Of a stretch of 60,581 nucleotides of DNA, positions 38,261 to 48,872 are shown piece after piece; the stretch's first letter is position 1, and every line of letters starts with the position of its first letter. The notes under the pieces are model-generated. The model did no database searches. It saw only the letters and a program-made list of their open reading frames with translations, and was not told the DNA's origin. The DNA lies in contig CACJPC010000004.1 of the NCBI GenBank assembly GCA_902595195.1, forward strand, positions 1 through 60,581, read 5' to 3'. Source of the stretch: an uncultured Candidatus Actinomarina sp. Lineage in GTDB: Bacteria; Actinomycetota; Acidimicrobiia; Actinomarinales; Actinomarinaceae. A program made the translations under genes and the position numbers.

Positions 38261-39301
38261 TTAAAAACAACTTTTAATAAATTTTATAGTTTCTATATCT
38301 AACGGGATTGCTATAGACAGTTCAGTAACGTTACAGTTCTTCCAGTCTTCAAGCTTTTCTTTTATTCGTTCTTTAGAACCAACAAGGGTTAAGTCATCAA
38401 GCAATTCATCAGGAAAAATTGATTCTGCTTCTGCTTTTTCACCTTTTAGATACAATTCCTGAATCTGTGTAGCGATTTCCTCATAGCCATATTCACACAT
38501 CAAATTAAAATAAAAGTTTTTATCTTTTGCTCCCATACCACCAACATACAGTGTGTAATTATTTCTAGCAGGTGCGAGATATGCATCCCTTTCTGATTCA
38601 TCACAAACTTTTGCAAATACTGGAGCTGATATTTGAAATTTTTCTTTTTTGTTTGCATCACCTGATTTTTCAAAACCTTTTTCTAAAAATTGATTAAAAA
38701 ATTTATCCCCAAGGGTTGGTGAATACATGAAAGGAAGCCACCCATCTGCAATCTCAGCTGTTAGTTCAATATTTTTTGGGCCAATAGCTGCAAGATATAT
38801 TGGAATGACGCTTCTTAAAGGTTGCTCAATCAGCTTTAATGGCTTTCCTAAACCAGAAGCATCATCTCCATTGTATGGTAAGTTGTAATACTCTCCTTCA
38901 AAAGATGTTTTACCTTCTCTTCGTAATATATCTCTAACTATTTGAACATATTCTCTTGTCTTCTTTAATGGTTTACCATAAGCGACACCATGCCAACCTT
39001 CAACAACTTGAGGACCTGAGACCCCAATCCCTAGTCTAAACCTGCCACCTGAGAGTTTATCTAAAGTAGCTGCTGTCATTGCAGTCATTGCAGGAGACCT
39101 ACCAGGAATTTGCATGATGCCAGAACCTAGGTTTATATTTTCTGTTAATGCAGCAAAATATGAAAGTGGGGTGACTGCATCATAACCATAAGCTTCAGCT
39201 GTCCAGATGCAAGATATCCCTATTTCATCTAATTCTTTAATTAAGGATTTTTCACTCGATATATGAGGTCCAAAATACCCAACATTTACACTTACTTCCA
39301 T
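38261..39301 (-). CDS. LLM-class F420-dependent oxidoreductase
   Basis: WTAEAYGYD, GIGVSGPQVVEGWHG, LAAIGPKN, ADGW. Confidence 0.92.
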   Translation of the reverse strand: MEVSVNVGYFGPHISSEKSLIKELDEIGISCIWTAEAYGYDAVTPLSYFAALTENINLGSGIMQIPGRSPAMTAMTAATLDKLSGGRFRLGIGVSGPQVVEGWHGVAYGKPLKKTREYVQIVRDILRREGKTSFEGEYYNLPYNGDDASGLGKPLKLIEQPLRSVIPIYLAAIGPKNIELTAEIADGWLPFMYSPTLGDKFFNQFLEKGFEKSGDANKKEKFQISAPVFAKVCDESERDAYLAPARNNYTLYVGGMGAKDKNFYFNLMCEYGYEEIATQIQELYLKGEKAEAESIFPDELLDDLTLVGSKERIKEKLEDWKNCNVTELSIAIPLDIETIKFIKSCF

Positions 39302-39313
39302 ATTTATAGGATA

Positions 39314-39826
39314 CTATAAATCTACTTCAATAAATTCATCATGAGTTATCAAAATGTGCATTTTGATATCATGACTTTCAGATGGAATTTCATTTACTAA
39401 ATGATCTTTATCTGTAATACCAATAAATGTTGCATTTAAATGTCGAGATAAAAGCTGATCATATATACCCCTACCCCTGCCAAGCCTAGTACCTTTTTTA
39501 TCAAAACCTATTCCAGGAACTAGAAAAATATCTACTTTATCAATTATTTTTAAATTAATAGGCTGAAAAACATTAAAGATGTTTTTCTCGAGTGGGCCCT
39601 CATAAATGCATATTTGCATTTCCCCTTCTTGATGGCATGTAGTTGCTAAAACTGACTGACCCTTCAGATGCATATTTATGTTGAGCTCATTTTCAAGAGG
39701 AATATAAGTACAGACAAACTTATCTTTGATTACATTTTGTAGGTTATCAATAACCATCTGAGAATAATCAGCATTGACCATTGAAATTTTTTTTAGTTTC
39801 GTTCTTAATTCAATTTTTTCTAACAT
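39314..39826 (-). CDS. 5-formyltetrahydrofolate cyclo-ligase
   Basis: LVPGIGFDKKGTRLGRGRGIYD, SHDIKM. Confidence 0.9.
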   Translation of the reverse strand: MLEKIELRTKLKKISMVNADYSQMVIDNLQNVIKDKFVCTYIPLENELNINMHLKGQSVLATTCHQEGEMQICIYEGPLEKNIFNVFQPINLKIIDKVDIFLVPGIGFDKKGTRLGRGRGIYDQLLSRHLNATFIGITDKDHLVNEIPSESHDIKMHILITHDEFIEVDL

Positions 39827-39864
39827 AATTTATTATCTAGATAGTTCTACATTACACTTACAAC

Positions 39865-40596
39865 ATGTTGAAGAACAAATTACTTACATGGTTCAATTTA
39901 TTAATCATGGGTATTTACACAATTCCGGTTGCCTACTCAATTTGGTTTGTAGGTCTTTTTAATAAATTTACAAAAGCTAAATACTATATAGCTCAAAGCT
40001 GGACGATTCCTTGGATGTGGGCTGCAAGATCGAAAGTAACATTGATTAAAAATTACGACTATAAAAAAAATCAACCATATGTCGTGATATCAAATCACTT
40101 ATCTAATTTAGATCCAATGATGCAATTTAGATATCTTAAAATAAAGTGGGTGTTTATGGCTAAAAAAGAAGTGTACAAACTCCCCTTCTTTAGGACAGCA
40201 GCAAAATCATTTAATTTTATTAAGGTTGACAGATCAGACAAAAATGATCGTAAAAGCATAAATGAACAAGCAAAAGTGCTATTTAAAAATGGTTGGTCTC
40301 TGATGGTTTATCCGCAAGGCACTAGAGCTAAAGCAGATAATTTTTTACCATTTAAAAGTGGTGCATTCCATATAGCTCTAGATAACAATATACCAATACT
40401 CCCAGTTGTAATTGCAGGAACAGGCGACATATGGCCAAGAGGTAGTAAGTTCATGAAAAGCGGTAAAGCTATCATCAATACTTTAGAACCAATTGATGTT
40501 TCACAATATTCAAAAGAATCAATTGATCAACTAGTATTAGATACTCAAGAGAGAATGTCAAAAGTATATAAAGAATTAACTGCTTCGATAAAATAA
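39865..40596 (+). CDS. plsC: 1-acyl-sn-glycerol-3-phosphate acyltransferase
   Basis: NHLSNLD, FMAKKE, YPQGTR, FKSGAF. Confidence 0.9.
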   Translation: MLKNKLLTWFNLLIMGIYTIPVAYSIWFVGLFNKFTKAKYYIAQSWTIPWMWAARSKVTLIKNYDYKKNQPYVVISNHLSNLDPMMQFRYLKIKWVFMAKKEVYKLPFFRTAAKSFNFIKVDRSDKNDRKSINEQAKVLFKNGWSLMVYPQGTRAKADNFLPFKSGAFHIALDNNIPILPVVIAGTGDIWPRGSKFMKSGKAIINTLEPIDVSQYSKESIDQLVLDTQERMSKVYKELTASIK

Positions 40597-40617
40597 TTAA
40601 AAACTTACAATAAAATT

Positions 40618-41133
40618 ATGAACATTATCATTGCTGCATTATCAATATTTTTACTTAGATTATTAGATCAAACACTGGGAACTCTTAGGTTGCTGTATGT
40701 CAATAAAGGTAAGCCAGGTTTAGGTGCAATTCTAGGGTTTGTTGAATCAGCAATTTGGGTTGTTGCAATTTCAAGAGTTATTCAAGATCTAAATGATCCA
40801 CTTTTAATTTTTGGTTATGCACTAGGGTTTGCTGCAGGAACTATTGTTGGATCTTATATAGAATCATCAATAGCTATTGGTGATGTAGTCGTAAGAATAT
40901 TCACTTCCGAAACAGATGAAAGTGTGAAATTATCTAATGAATTAAGAGATGCTGGTTTTGGCGTAACAGTAATTAATGGAGAAGGAATGCAAGGTGAAGT
41001 TGCTATATTGTGGTGCGTTACACCTAGAAAAAAACTTAAAAAAGTTATTAATTTAGTTGAAAAAGTTTGCCCAGAAGCATACCTAACAACAGAACCTACA
41101 AGTCCGACAAAATTAACTGGAAATAGAAAGTAG
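40618..41133 (+). CDS. DUF2179/DUF5698 membrane protein
   Basis: LGTLR, GFVE, YALGFAAG, LRDAGFGVT..GEG. Confidence 0.82.
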   Translation: MNIIIAALSIFLLRLLDQTLGTLRLLYVNKGKPGLGAILGFVESAIWVVAISRVIQDLNDPLLIFGYALGFAAGTIVGSYIESSIAIGDVVVRIFTSETDESVKLSNELRDAGFGVTVINGEGMQGEVAILWCVTPRKKLKKVINLVEKVCPEAYLTTEPTSPTKLTGNRK

Positions 41134-41134
41134 C

Positions 41135-43441
41135 TTAAAGCCCTTTTTCAAATTCATCCTCAAATGAAACTCTTTTTCGATTTGAAGACTTACCACCATT
41201 TTTAGGCTTTCTCTCACCTCTGTTATTTCTATTATTTGATTTGTTTCTTGGAGGCCTTCGATCATTAGATTTATTATTCCCATCACCTACAGCATCATCA
41301 GGAACTTCAAGATCTTCAACTGGTGAAAGACTTACTTTACCATTTTCAATGGAATCTACTTTGACTTTTACCTTATCTCCTACTGAAACAACAGCTTCTG
41401 TATTATTAACACGTTTTGATGAATGAAATTTTGACACATGTAATAGTCCATCTCTACCTGGCAATATATTTACAAAAGCACCATAAGTAGCAACGCTAAC
41501 AATTTCACCATCGTATTCAGCACCAACTTCAGCTTCTGGAGGATCAATAATCATCATTACCATTTCTTTACCAGCAGCTATAGCTTCTTCTTCTGTTGAA
41601 CCTAAAGTTAAAATACCATCATCATCAATTTCTACAGAACATCCTGTTTCTTCTTCAATTTTCTTGATATTCTTTCCCTTTGGACCGATAACTTCACCAA
41701 TTTTATCTTTTGGTAATTCAATAGTTTCAAGTCTTGGTGCATTACCAGAAAGACTTTCTGCAGGTTCAGCAATTGTATCCTCCATAATGTCAAGTATATG
41801 ATGTCTCGCATCCATAGCTTGATTTAATGCTTTTCTTAATACATCTGCAGGGAGACCTTCAATTTTCATATCTAATTGCAATGCAGTTATCACATTTCTT
41901 GTTCCTGCAACCTTAAAATCCATATCTCCAAGAGCATCTTCCGCACCCAATATATCCGTAAGTGTAACGTAGGTGTCATCTTTAGAAATTAATCCCATAG
42001 CAATACCTGCAACATGTTCTCTGATAGGAACACCTGCAGCCATTAGCGACAAGCTAGATGCACATACAGAAGCTTGAGAAGTAGATCCATTGGATGAAAT
42101 TGCTTCACTTACAACTCTTATGGTGTATGGAAAGTCAACTTTTGGTGGAACAACAGGTACTAATGCTTTCTCGGCTAATGCACCGTGTCCAATCTCTCTC
42201 CTCTTTGGACCTCTCATTGGATAAGCTTCTCCAGTTGAATATGGAGGGAAATTATAATGATGCATATATCTTTTTGATGTGACTGTATCAATAGTATCTA
42301 GCATTTGTTCAAGCCTTGACATACCTAAAGTTGTAACATTCAAAACCTGTGTTTCTCCTCTTAAAAATAATGAAGAACCATGAACAGTTGGAAGTAAGTT
42401 TATCTCAGCAGATATATTTCTAATATCAGTTGGGGTTCTTCCGTCTAATCTAGCACCACCACTTAAAACTCTATCCCTAACTGTGTTTTTAACGATCGAC
42501 TTAAAAGCTAATTTAATTGCTTTAGTATTGTCATCTTCTTCATCTAAGAACTTCTCTACAGCTTGCTCTTGAAGCTCACTTTGTTTTTCACTTCTTTCAG
42601 CTCTATCTGTTATAGCCATTGCTGTTTCAATATCTGAGCCAAAAGCTTCACTAATTTGTGACTTTAGTTCTTCAGAGTAATCTTCAATAATAGGCCAGTC
42701 GATCACAGGTACATCTCTCTTAGCAACTAATTCTTTTTGAGCTTCTATTAATTTCGAAATAAATTCCTTAGACATATCAATACCATCTGCAACAATATTT
42801 TCTGAAGGTGCAGCACTGCCTTCATCAATTTTGGCAAAGGCATTGTCTGTTGCACCTGCTTCAACCATTACGATGTCTATTTCACCTTTAGGATTTAAAC
42901 TTCCTGCGACAACCATATCGAATACTGAATCTTCCAATTCAGAATTTGTAGCCTGAACTACCCAGTTGTCATTGATTAAAGACATTCTTACTGCTCCAAC
43001 TGCTGACTCAAGTGGAACTCCTGCAAGTTGTAGACCTAATGATGCAGCATTAAGCGCTAAAATATCGTATTCATTTTCATTATCAACACTCAAAACTGTT
43101 GCGATAATTTGGGTTTCACATCTAAATCCATCTTTAAAGGAAGGTCGAAGTGGTCTGTCTATTAGACGACATGCTAATATAGCTTTCTCTGTTTGCCTTC
43201 CCTCTCTTCTGAAAAATCCTCCAGGAATTTTTCCAGCGGAATACATTCTCTCTTCTACATCTACTGTCAAAGGAAAAAAATCAATTCCATCTCTAACACT
43301 TTTATTAGCAACTGTTGTGACTAAAACTGTTGTGTCACCTGAAGTAACTACTACTGAACCAGGTGCTTGCAGAGCTAATTTACCTGTTTCAAATCCAATC
43401 TCTGCTTTACCAATATCAACTTTTACATTATCAATCGACAT
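41135..43441 (-). CDS. pnp: Polyribonucleotide nucleotidyltransferase
   Basis: FFPLTVD, RLIDRPLRP, RREIGHG, GDMDFKVAG, KH and S1 domains. Confidence 0.98.
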   Translation of the reverse strand: MSIDNVKVDIGKAEIGFETGKLALQAPGSVVVTSGDTTVLVTTVANKSVRDGIDFFPLTVDVEERMYSAGKIPGGFFRREGRQTEKAILACRLIDRPLRPSFKDGFRCETQIIATVLSVDNENEYDILALNAASLGLQLAGVPLESAVGAVRMSLINDNWVVQATNSELEDSVFDMVVAGSLNPKGEIDIVMVEAGATDNAFAKIDEGSAAPSENIVADGIDMSKEFISKLIEAQKELVAKRDVPVIDWPIIEDYSEELKSQISEAFGSDIETAMAITDRAERSEKQSELQEQAVEKFLDEEDDNTKAIKLAFKSIVKNTVRDRVLSGGARLDGRTPTDIRNISAEINLLPTVHGSSLFLRGETQVLNVTTLGMSRLEQMLDTIDTVTSKRYMHHYNFPPYSTGEAYPMRGPKRREIGHGALAEKALVPVVPPKVDFPYTIRVVSEAISSNGSTSQASVCASSLSLMAAGVPIREHVAGIAMGLISKDDTYVTLTDILGAEDALGDMDFKVAGTRNVITALQLDMKIEGLPADVLRKALNQAMDARHHILDIMEDTIAEPAESLSGNAPRLETIELPKDKIGEVIGPKGKNIKKIEEETGCSVEIDDDGILTLGSTEEEAIAAGKEMVMMIIDPPEAEVGAEYDGEIVSVATYGAFVNILPGRDGLLHVSKFHSSKRVNNTEAVVSVGDKVKVKVDSIENGKVSLSPVEDLEVPDDAVGDGNNKSNDRRPPRNKSNNRNNRGERKPKNGGKSSNRKRVSFEDEFEKGL

Positions 43442-43454
43442 ATAACCTCTTTCT

Positions 43455-43514
43455 TGACCAAGGTTATTAATTGTCAGCTTTCAATAAAAGCTCTCAATTA
43501 ACAACGCAAGGTCT
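43455..43514 (-). promoter_or_regulatory. pnp 5'-leader long stem-loop
   Basis: Minus strand GACC..TTGTTAATTG..AGCTTT-loop-AAAGCT..CAATTAATAA..GGTC. Confidence 0.65.
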
Positions 43515-43519
43515 ATTTT

Positions 43520-43777
43520 TTATCTTCTTAAGCCAAGTTTTTCTATAATATCACGATATCTTTGAACATCCTGGTTTTGTAAATATTGAAGAAGTCTTTT
43601 TCTTTTACCAACAAGCATTAATAATCCTCTTCTTGTGTGGTGGTCTTTTTTATGTGTTTTCAAATGATCTGTTAAATGATCGATTCTATTACTCAATAAA
43701 GCAACCTGAACTTCAGCAGAACCAGTATCTGTATCGGATTTACCGTATTCTTTTATAATTTCTTGCTTTGTTTTCAT
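43520..43777 (-). CDS. rpsO: 30S ribosomal protein S15
   Basis: [26 protein letters not shown]. Confidence 0.98.
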   Translation of the reverse strand: MKTKQEIIKEYGKSDTDTGSAEVQVALLSNRIDHLTDHLKTHKKDHHTRRGLLMLVGKRKRLLQYLQNQDVQRYRDIIEKLGLRR

Positions 43778-43819
43778 TCGAGATAATAATAGTAGCTGCT
43801 ATATCTAATGTGAGATTAT

Positions 43820-44713
43820 TTAATTTTTATTAATATCTTCAATATCTTTTGATATTTGTTGAGTTAATTCATCAATACTTGAGAATTTTATTTCATCTCT
43901 TATAAATTTTTTAAAATGTACAGTTAAATCAGCACCGTAAATATCGTCATTAAAATCAAAAATATGTACTTCTAAACTTTTCTTGGCACCTTCAGATACA
44001 GTAGGTTTATATCCAATATTCATAATTCCTTGATAAAGATTGCCATTTAAGAGCACTTCTACTTTGTATACGCCATTTTTAGGTATTTGAATATTCTTAT
44101 CAATGTTCAAATTTGCAGTAGGAAATCCAATCTGAGAACCTCTTTGATCACCTTTGATAACGGTACCGCTTAATGAATATTCATAACCCAAAGCTTCATT
44201 AGCCTGTTCAACAAAACCTTCACTCAAAAATGACTTAATTAAGGTTGAAGATATTTTTTCATTGTTGTGCTCATAATCTTCAATAGTATGTACAGAATCT
44301 TCCCCAAAGTATTTGACTAAGTAATCTACATCACCCTCACGGTTTGCACCAAATTTAAAATCATTACCTACATAAATATTTTTAGCTTTCATATTGTTTT
44401 GTAACATCTCGCAAAAAGTTTTAGGTGAAAACTTCATTACATGTTCAAAATTAATAAAAAGTAAATTACTAGGTTCAAATTTCTTGAATAATTCAATCTT
44501 CTCATTATTGGTTGTAAGTAACATATGTTCATTATTGAAGTATTTTTTTGGAAGTGTATCAAAAGTAACTATTTGAAATAAATTACTTGATTCTTTTGTA
44601 TATTTTAATAGTTCCTGATGACCTAAATGTACCCCATCAAATCCACCGATACACACAGCTGGAATATCATCATCAATATAATTGTCGGAAGTAAAATTTT
44701 CATATATTCTCAT
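43820..44713 (-). CDS. ribF: Riboflavin kinase/FAD synthetase
   Basis: FDGVHLGH, ISST, GFPTAN, EVHIFDF. Confidence 0.96.
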   Translation of the reverse strand: MRIYENFTSDNYIDDDIPAVCIGGFDGVHLGHQELLKYTKESSNLFQIVTFDTLPKKYFNNEHMLLTTNNEKIELFKKFEPSNLLFINFEHVMKFSPKTFCEMLQNNMKAKNIYVGNDFKFGANREGDVDYLVKYFGEDSVHTIEDYEHNNEKISSTLIKSFLSEGFVEQANEALGYEYSLSGTVIKGDQRGSQIGFPTANLNIDKNIQIPKNGVYKVEVLLNGNLYQGIMNIGYKPTVSEGAKKSLEVHIFDFNDDIYGADLTVHFKKFIRDEIKFSSIDELTQQISKDIEDINKN

Positions 44714-45591
44714 ACGAGTACTTTATCTGGTTTGTAATATTTCTCATTAAAAGGTTTATAAATTGCCACAATATTGTTCTCGATAGATATTATATAATTT
44801 TCTTCATTTGAAAACATATTTCTAGGTAGAAGTTGACCATTCCTTATTGTTTCAATCATTTCAACATCTAGATCAATTTTGGGTAAATTTATAACCTCTG
44901 CCCAATCTAATGACATTATTGTTGAATTATGATTTAATGATTCAACATTTGTATTTAGACTTTTATGATTAATATTTAAACTACCAATAGCTGTTCTTGT
45001 GAGAGTTTCTACTATTGCATGAGTATTTACGTATTCACCTAATTGTTGAACAATACTTCTGATATATGTTCCCTTACTTACTGTTATCTCAAAAATAACT
45101 TTATTTTCATTTACTTCTAACAATTCAGTACTTTCAACAAATATTGTTCTATCAGGGATTTCTACATCTTGATTTTGGCGTGCATATTTGTATAATCGTT
45201 TCCCTTTTACTTTTATTGCTGAATAAATTGGTGGAGTCTGGGTAGACTCACCAACCAAATTAGTAAGAAATTCTTGTATTTGAGTCTGTAGCTGGTGTGC
45301 ATTTATATCATCATGTTTTGTAATTTCTGAGTCTACGTCAAGAGTTGGAGAAGAGTAGCCCAGCATTGCAATTACTTTATATGTTTTATTTGTGTTGCTT
45401 ATGTAATCAAATAATTTTGTATAACCATTGGTAGCAAGAAGCATTAAACCGTCAGCGTTTGGATCTAAGGTGCCTGAATGGCCTACTTTTTTAAATTTAA
45501 AATTTTTTTTTAATTTGGTACACAGATCCTGAGAGGTCCATGTTTTTGGTTTGACTAGTAAATAAAAGTTAGATTTGTGAATTAATTGCAT
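44710..45591 (-). CDS. truB: tRNA pseudouridine(55) synthase
   Basis: KVGHSGTLDP, PPIYSAIKVKG, SKGTYIRS. Confidence 0.96.
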   Translation of the reverse strand: MQLIHKSNFYLLVKPKTWTSQDLCTKLKKNFKFKKVGHSGTLDPNADGLMLLATNGYTKLFDYISNTNKTYKVIAMLGYSSPTLDVDSEITKHDDINAHQLQTQIQEFLTNLVGESTQTPPIYSAIKVKGKRLYKYARQNQDVEIPDRTIFVESTELLEVNENKVIFEITVSKGTYIRSIVQQLGEYVNTHAIVETLTRTAIGSLNINHKSLNTNVESLNHNSTIMSLDWAEVINLPKIDLDVEMIETIRNGQLLPRNMFSNEENYIISIENNIVAIYKPFNEKYYKPDKVLV

Positions 45592-46510
45592 TCTTTACTT
45601 TATTTTTTATTTCTTCCATACTTAAATTTGTAGAAAATCCAGAAGCTGCTTTGTGTCCTCCACCACCAAATAAAGAAGCGATCTGTTGAACATCTAATTC
45701 ATTGCGAGACCTTAAACTCCCTTTAAATGATTTATCTTGCTGTTCTTTTAGTAATAAAGCTATATTTGATTCTTTTACCAATCTAATAGAGTCAATTAAA
45801 AAGTCTGTTTCAGAGGAATCAATATTGTAATTTTGATAATCTTCTTGTAAAACATACGATACAACCAATTCTTCATCTTCATATAATTCAATCCTGTTTA
45901 ACACTTCACTTTGTAGCTTTATTGCATTCAATGGAATAGACCCGTAAATATTATCACTAATACTGGTAAGTTCAGCACCACTTAACATTAGTTTTGAGGC
46001 AATTTCAAATACTTCATTGTCTGTATTTGAATATTGAAATCTACCTGTATCTGTAATTAATCCTGTCATAAGACAGTTAGCTATATTCTTATCAATAGCT
46101 ATCTTTGCAGACAGAATTTCTCTGAACAGTACTTGTGTAGTGCTAGCAGCATTAGAGTCAATAACTTGAATATCACCAAAAGATGGATTGATGTGATGAT
46201 CTACTACAATGACTCTCGCAGAATTTAATGCTATCTCTTCTAAATCCCCAAGCCTTTCTGAGTTTCCACAATCAAAAACATAAACGTTGTCATAATTTTT
46301 TTTTGGACTATCAAGAATCAAATCAATAGGTAAATGATTTAAATTAGAAGGCACATTACCTTTCATATCAAAAGAAACGTCTGATTCTACTCCCTTACTA
46401 TCAAGTATCAATTTGAATGCTAAAGCAGAACCTAAAGCATCACCATCAGGATTGATATGACCTGTAATTAAATTAGAAGAATTTTTTAAATCTTTAAAAA
46501 GATCACTCAT
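45569..46510 (-). CDS. nrnA: DHH family phosphoesterase (NrnA)
   Basis: HINPDGDA, VDHH, TDTGRF, GGGHKAASG. Confidence 0.9.
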   Translation of the reverse strand: MSDLFKDLKNSSNLITGHINPDGDALGSALAFKLILDSKGVESDVSFDMKGNVPSNLNHLPIDLILDSPKKNYDNVYVFDCGNSERLGDLEEIALNSARVIVVDHHINPSFGDIQVIDSNAASTTQVLFREILSAKIAIDKNIANCLMTGLITDTGRFQYSNTDNEVFEIASKLMLSGAELTSISDNIYGSIPLNAIKLQSEVLNRIELYEDEELVVSYVLQEDYQNYNIDSSETDFLIDSIRLVKESNIALLLKEQQDKSFKGSLRSRNELDVQQIASLFGGGGHKAASGFSTNLSMEEIKNKVKNAINSQI

Positions 46511-46853
46511 TGTCTTTAGTCCTATCAATTAGTTCGTTTATTCTTTGTACATTATTAAATGTATTATCTACTTCAAAAATAATTTTAGGAACATTTCTTG
46601 TTGTCATTTCTCTTCCCAATACTTTCTGAATCTTTATTCTATTTTTTTCGAGTGAATTTTTTAATGATCCTTCATTTCCATCTAATGTAGAAACAAAAAC
46701 CATTGATTTCTTAAGATCTGGAGATGTTGAAACATGTGTGATTGTTGCTTTATTAAGTATTGGATCAGAACTTCTTAAGAGTGCACTTGAAATGATTTTT
46801 TGAATGAGAGGATTGATTCTGTTTATTCTTCCACCACGTGTTTGATTACTCAT
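46503..46853 (-). CDS. rbfA: Ribosome-binding factor A
   Basis: ITHVSTSPDL, RNVPKIIF; located after infB. Confidence 0.9.
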   Translation of the reverse strand: MSNQTRGGRINRINPLIQKIISSALLRSSDPILNKATITHVSTSPDLKKSMVFVSTLDGNEGSLKNSLEKNRIKIQKVLGREMTTRNVPKIIFEVDNTFNNVQRINELIDRTKDNE

Positions 46854-46862
46854 TGTTAGCTT

Positions 46863-48872
46863 CTAGACTTCTACTTCTCCAAGTATCTCAATTGTATCGC
46901 CTTCTTTTATATCTTTATAATCAGATAAACCAATACCACATTCAAGACCTTCGTTGACAACTTCAACATTGTCTTTAAACCTTCTAAGTGAGACTATGGT
47001 TCCTTCATATATAACAACACCATCTCTAAGCAAGCGTGCTTTTGCATCAAGTTCTACTTTACCTTCAGAAACTATTGAACCAGCAACCACGCCAACTTTC
47101 GGAGCACGGAAAGTAGTTTTAACATCAACCATTCCGATAATTGCTTCTTCAGTTTTAATAGTCATTTGGCCAAGTACTGCTTCAGCGATATCATCTAACA
47201 ATTCATAAATGATATTATACGTTCTTACGTCTATTCCCTTACTTTGAGCCATATTCCTGGCCTGACTATCAGGTCTTACATTAAAACCAATAATTAAAGA
47301 CTCTGTAGCACTAGCTAAATCTACGTCGGATAAAACAATTCCCCCTACAGCTGAATGAACAACTTGGATGTTTACATCATCAGTTGCTAACTTGTTTATA
47401 CCATCTTTAATAGCTTCAACTGAACCATTAGTGTCAGCTTTTAATATTACATTTACTGTATTTAACTCGCCTTCCTGTAAGAGCTTCATCATATCGCTAA
47501 CTCGAGTCTCAACTGAAAATGATGAGTTGTCATGTTCTTTTAATTTAGTTTTGTTTTCTTCAGCTTTTGCCTTGGCATCTTTTTGATTTTTAACAGCAAC
47601 AAATTGGTCACCAGCAGTTGGTGATTCATCCCATCCTATAATATCTATTGGAGATCCCGGCTCTATAGACTTTACTGTTTTATTATTGTGATCAAACATT
47701 GATTTCACTCTGCAGAATGCTTGTCCAGCATAAAGAAAATCACCCTGTTTTAGAGTGCCTCTTGTGACTATGACTGTAGCTACATTTCCTCTACCAACTT
47801 CCATTCGTGATTCAACAATATACCCAGAAGCATTTGTATTAAAATTTGCTTTTAGTTCTTCTATTTCTGCTACAAGTGCAAGTGTTTCAAGCAGATCATC
47901 AACTCCATCACCTTTAAGTGCAGATACTTCAACTACAGGAGTGTCTCCACCTAAATCTTCAGAAATTACTTCATATTTTGTAAGCTCAGCTTTAATCATT
48001 GACGGATTGGCCTCAGGTAGGTCACACTTATTTATGGCAACAACTATTGGTACGTTTGCAGCTTTTGAGTGGTTAATTGCTTCAATTGTTTGTGGCATTA
48101 CTCCATCATCTGCAGCAACAACCAAGACAACTATATCCGTAACGTTTGCTCCTCTAGCTCTCATTTGTGTAAATGCTTCGTGACCAGGTGTATCAATAAA
48201 AGTTATTCCTGATTCTCCTACGTCTACTTTGTAAGCACCTACGTGCTGTGTAATACCTCCTGCTTCACCGTCTGCAACTTTTTCATTTCTTATATAATCC
48301 AATAAGCTAGTTTTTCCATGGTCAACATGACCCATAACAGTAATTATTGGCGCTCTTAAATTTAATTTATCTGGATCGTCTTCAAATTCTTGAAATTCAA
48401 TAATATCTTCTCTTGAAATTGTTATTTCATCTATTAAATCAGGAATAAGATTGTATTTTTCAAAAAGCTTTTCTATATCGCTATCTTCTAATGGTGTATC
48501 AATAGCTTTCATAATTCCCAATCCCATCAAATCACCGACAATTTGCGTAGCATCAACATCTATAAGAGAACTAATTTTTTCTGGAGATGAATTCCTAGAA
48601 ATCTCTATAATTTGAACATCATCTTCAGGAACTTCTTCAACTTCTGTTATTGACGCATCCTGAATTGTCTCTTCTTGTTCTTGGACAACTTCAGACTCAG
48701 ACTCAGGTTCATCTTCTGGTAATAAAGCTAACTTAAGTAGTTCCTCTTCTTCCTCAGTTAAACCAGATGATGCTGTTTTAACCTCAAAACCTAACTCTTT
48801 TGCATGAAAAAGTACATCTGCTGAAGCAATATCCAACTCCTTGGCGATTTGATGAATTCGCTTTTTTGCCAT
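46863..48872 (-). CDS. infB: Translation initiation factor IF-2
   Basis: GHVDHGKT, DTPGHEAF, NKCD, ECGI. Confidence 0.98.
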   Translation of the reverse strand: MAKKRIHQIAKELDIASADVLFHAKELGFEVKTASSGLTEEEEELLKLALLPEDEPESESEVVQEQEETIQDASITEVEEVPEDDVQIIEISRNSSPEKISSLIDVDATQIVGDLMGLGIMKAIDTPLEDSDIEKLFEKYNLIPDLIDEITISREDIIEFQEFEDDPDKLNLRAPIITVMGHVDHGKTSLLDYIRNEKVADGEAGGITQHVGAYKVDVGESGITFIDTPGHEAFTQMRARGANVTDIVVLVVAADDGVMPQTIEAINHSKAANVPIVVAINKCDLPEANPSMIKAELTKYEVISEDLGGDTPVVEVSALKGDGVDDLLETLALVAEIEELKANFNTNASGYIVESRMEVGRGNVATVIVTRGTLKQGDFLYAGQAFCRVKSMFDHNNKTVKSIEPGSPIDIIGWDESPTAGDQFVAVKNQKDAKAKAEENKTKLKEHDNSSFSVETRVSDMMKLLQEGELNTVNVILKADTNGSVEAIKDGINKLATDDVNIQVVHSAVGGIVLSDVDLASATESLIIGFNVRPDSQARNMAQSKGIDVRTYNIIYELLDDIAEAVLGQMTIKTEEAIIGMVDVKTTFRAPKVGVVAGSIVSEGKVELDAKARLLRDGVVIYEGTIVSLRRFKDNVEVVNEGLECGIGLSDYKDIKEGDTIEILGEVEV

